A DNA stretch of 64,000 nt from Sphyrna mokarran (lineage: Eukaryota). The stretch covers positions 90,830,001 through 90,894,000 of the forward strand of contig JAGIQG010000009.1 in NCBI GenBank assembly GCA_024679065.1, written 5' to 3'. Positions 60,925 to 64,000 of the stretch are shown piece by piece; position 1 is the first letter of the stretch, and each line of letters begins with the position of its first letter. The notes below the pieces were generated by a model. The model did no database searches. It saw only the letters and a program-made list of their open reading frames with translations, and was not told the DNA's origin. Position numbers and translations under genes: made by a program.

Positions 60925-62065
60925 AGTCCCAGAGGATTGGAAAATGCCAAATTAACACTTATTAAAAAAGGGGGGAGACATATAACAGGTAACTCTAGGC
61001 CAGTTAACTTGAAATCTGTCATTGGGAAAATATTTGAACCCATTATAAAGGATGTAGAAGCAGTGCATTCAGAAATACATGTATAAGCAGGCATGATATA
61101 AGTCAGCAAGCCTTTATGAAGGAGAAAATTATGCCTGACAAATTTATTAGAATTCTTAGAGATGGTAATGAGCAGCATAGATAAAAGGTAATCAGTGAAT
61201 GTAATAAACATGGATTTCCAGATTTCCAAAAAAGCATTCAAGAAGGCCACTGAATAAGCAAAGAGCTCATGGTGTTGGGGGTAGTATATTAGCATGGGTA
61301 GAGGATCAACTAGAAGACAGAGAGTTGGAATAAGAGGAACATTTTCAGGATGGCAACCTGTAGCGAGTGGAGTGCCACAGAGATCAATGCTTCAGCCACA
61401 ATCACTTACAATATGTATTAATAACTTGGGCAAAGGCTGAGAATATACTATTGCCAAAATTGCAGATGACACGAAAATAAATGAGAAGGCAAGTGGTGAG
61501 AGTGACAAACAATCTACAGAAGGATATAGACAGGTTAAGTGACTGGACAAAAATCTGGCAGATGGAACATTATGTAGAAAAATGCACTTCAGTCAGCCAG
61601 AATGAAGGAGCTGAACATTATTGAAAAGGAAAAAGACTGCAGAAAGCTGCAACACAGAGGGATTTGCAGAGTATTTGTTATAATTATAAAAAGCTAGCAT
61701 GCAGGCTGAGCAGGAAATAGGAAAGACAGATGGAATATTGGCTCTTTTTTCAAAGGGAATAAAGTATCAATATGGGAAGTTTTGCTAAAATAATACAAGA
61801 CATGACTATACCTGGAATATTATGAACAGTTGAAATGAAGAGGTTTTTTTTTCTCTCTGAGAGGATAATCCTTTACTACAGAGGGCTGTAGAGGGGTGGT
61901 TGTTAATTATGTTCAAGACTGAAATAGTCAAAATTTTCAACCACTAAGAAAATCAAAGGTTATGGGGATATGGCAGGAAAGTAGAGTTGAGGATTATCAC
62001 ATCAGTCACACTCCCACTAAGTATCTGATGGGCTAAAAGGCTTTTTTTCTGCTCCTATACCTTAT
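60925..62065 (+). mobile_element. Older CR1 RT fragment
   Basis: PEDWKNA..NSRPVNL..SGVPQ..IADDTK remnants. Confidence 0.75.
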
Positions 62066-63009
62066 GCAAGGATATAGTGACAAACCCGCACAATAGCAGT
62101 TAAGGAATTCTCAATCCCTACCTCCATACCAGATCTTCAACAATTATTTTGTACAGATAATCAGCTGGCAAAATGCATAATCTAGCAGATTTATAAGCTC
62201 TTACAGCAGCTGTTAATAATAGTCCAAGCGTGATGCTGAAATCCACATCATGGCATGTATTTCAAAATAATTAAGGAAATACTACTGTAAATTTTACCTG
62301 ACATTTTTGTTCATTTCAACCTCATTTGACCACAATTGCAGTCAATACCTTAGCTACAAAACTGGGAACAGTCCTTTTAGAAGCATAACCAGATTGGTAT
62401 TGCAGACCAATTTATTTTGCATCTTGGGCATTGTATGACACTGAGAAGAGGCACATGTCATGAAGAAAGAGGCTGTTATAGTCATGGCAGGCTTGTGAGA
62501 ATTTCTCAGATCCTATCATTTGTTTAAAGATCATCATAGAGAAAAGCCCCTGGTTTCCTTGTTTGATGGAAAGGAACTGATCAGAATGCTCCTAAGAATC
62601 CAAAGTTTCATTGAGATTAATGCACTTAGCCTATGAAATGGTAAGTCCAGGGTAAGCTGCAAACAATAACAGACACATTGTCCAGAAGCACTATTGATCA
62701 TCCTATATGATAGAATGTCAGCCTTATTGATGTTGAGTCATATTCCCAGTTCATTACAGCCATTGTTGGCAAGCTCAAAGCTGCAACAAATTTGTTACAG
62801 CTTCAGGAAATGCAGCAGCATTTCCCAACACTGCACACAAATTTGGCTGCAGCAGTGTCCCAGTGGTATAAAAATCTACTTTGAAGAAAGGAAAATCTTT
62901 ATCATGGTGGATAATTTATGATGGGAGACTTGTGATTCCAGTCTCACTGTGATCAGAGATCTTGGAAAGAATACACAAAAGCCACACATCATGACATGCC
63001 AAGAATGAA

Positions 63010-64000
63010 AACATAAGAACTAAGAGCAGGAGGAGGCAATTCAACATTTTGAGCCTGCTCCGCCATTCAACATGATCATGACTGATCTCATCTAAACTTC
63101 AACTCCATTTCCTTGCCTGTTCTAAGTAATCTTTGAACCCTTTACTAATTAAAAATCTATCTTCTACTTAAATTTACTCAGTGTCCTGGCATCTACTGCA
63201 TTCTGGGGTAGTGAATTTCACAGATTAGTGACCCTTTGAGAGGAGTAGTTCTTCCTCATCCCTGTTTCAAATCTGCTACCCCTTATCCTAAAATTATGAC
63301 CCCCTTGTTATAGATTACACCACGACAAGATGCATCTGCTCTACATCTATTTTGTCAATACCTTTTATCATCTTATATACCTCAATTAGATCTATCATTC
63401 ATCTAAACTCTAAAGAGTGTAGGTCTAAACAGCTCAATATCTTTCATAATACAAACACTTCAACTCTGGAATCAATCTAATGAACCTCCTCTGATATACC
63501 TCTGATGTTACTACATCTTTCCTCAAATAAGGGGATCAAAGCTGTACACAGTACTCCAGATGTAGTCTCACCCTTGTATAGTTGCAGCTTACTCTATTCC
63601 TTGAACTATAACTGACAAAATTCTATTTGCTTTCCTTATTATCTGCTGTACCTGCATACCAGTTTTCTGCGACTCATGCATGAGGACACCCAGATCCCTC
63701 TGCACCAAAGCACTCTGAAGTTTCTCCATTTTGATAATAAGTTGCCTTTCCATTTTTCTGACCAAGATGTATACCCTCACGTTTACCCACATTAAACTCC
63801 ATCTGCCACATTTTTAGCCCATTCACCAAACCTATTAATATCCATTGTAAATTTCCTATGTCTTCATTGAAATTTACTATTCCACCTAAACAAATTTGGC
63901 TATGGTATACTATCCTTCTATTCAAGTCAGTAATATAGATTGTAAATAGCTGGGGCACGAGGACCAAACTCTGTGGCATTCCACCAGTTAAATCTTGCCA
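63010..64000 (-). mobile_element. CR1 3' portion (runs off the window)
   Basis: ORF remnants QRDLGVLMHESQKTGMQVQQ and WQMEFNV; tail (TTCTTATG) at ~63010-63025. Confidence 0.8.

Larger units (their letters stand above)
58385..63005 (+). mobile_element. Decayed Ty3/Gypsy LTR retrotransposon internal region, split by CR1 insertions
   Basis: gag remnants: SEAKQVNVLLH, ILRRAKF..GELVNEIITDFSRLVEECKYG. RT remnant: LDEKSKLLMTFITQFRRFYFNYLPFGITS. RNase H and integrase-start remnants at 62090-63005 (RPI.FAS, KPLV, RIQ, ERIH). Confidence 0.75.

Overview
Repeat-dense vertebrate genomic DNA, almost certainly from a shark or other cartilaginous fish. This is inferred from the beta-2-microglobulin sequence and from HE1/V-type SINEs. 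The only host protein-coding gene I can support is beta-2-microglobulin (B2M, minus strand). It has three coding exons (27348-27402, 24573-24845, 23444-23454) giving 112 aa, and an upstream ISRE plus X1/X2-Y (SXY) MHC-type promoter. An orphan CpG-island promoter with ZNF143/THAP11-type motifs lies about 15 kb upstream (42.35-42.73 kb). The rest is mostly transposable elements: two near-full-length CR1 LINEs, many CR1 fragments, RTE, Rex1-like, Penelope-like elements with hammerhead-ribozyme cores, a decayed Gypsy element, hAT and Harbinger remnants, and tRNA-SINEs. There are also two minisatellite arrays, with ~47-bp and ~51-bp units. Most notable: (1) two dispersed copies of a ~310-bp poly(A)-tailed retroposon whose head is the first 40 nt of U2 snRNA, a SINEU-like element in a shark; (2) a CR1 LINE family, with at least 7 copies and 2 subfamilies here, whose 3' UTR contains a whole captured tRNA/V-domain SINE; (3) an X-Y promoter module at B2M that closely resembles the human one. 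All alignments and coordinates were read by eye. Repeat boundaries are approximate, and family names were not checked against any database.
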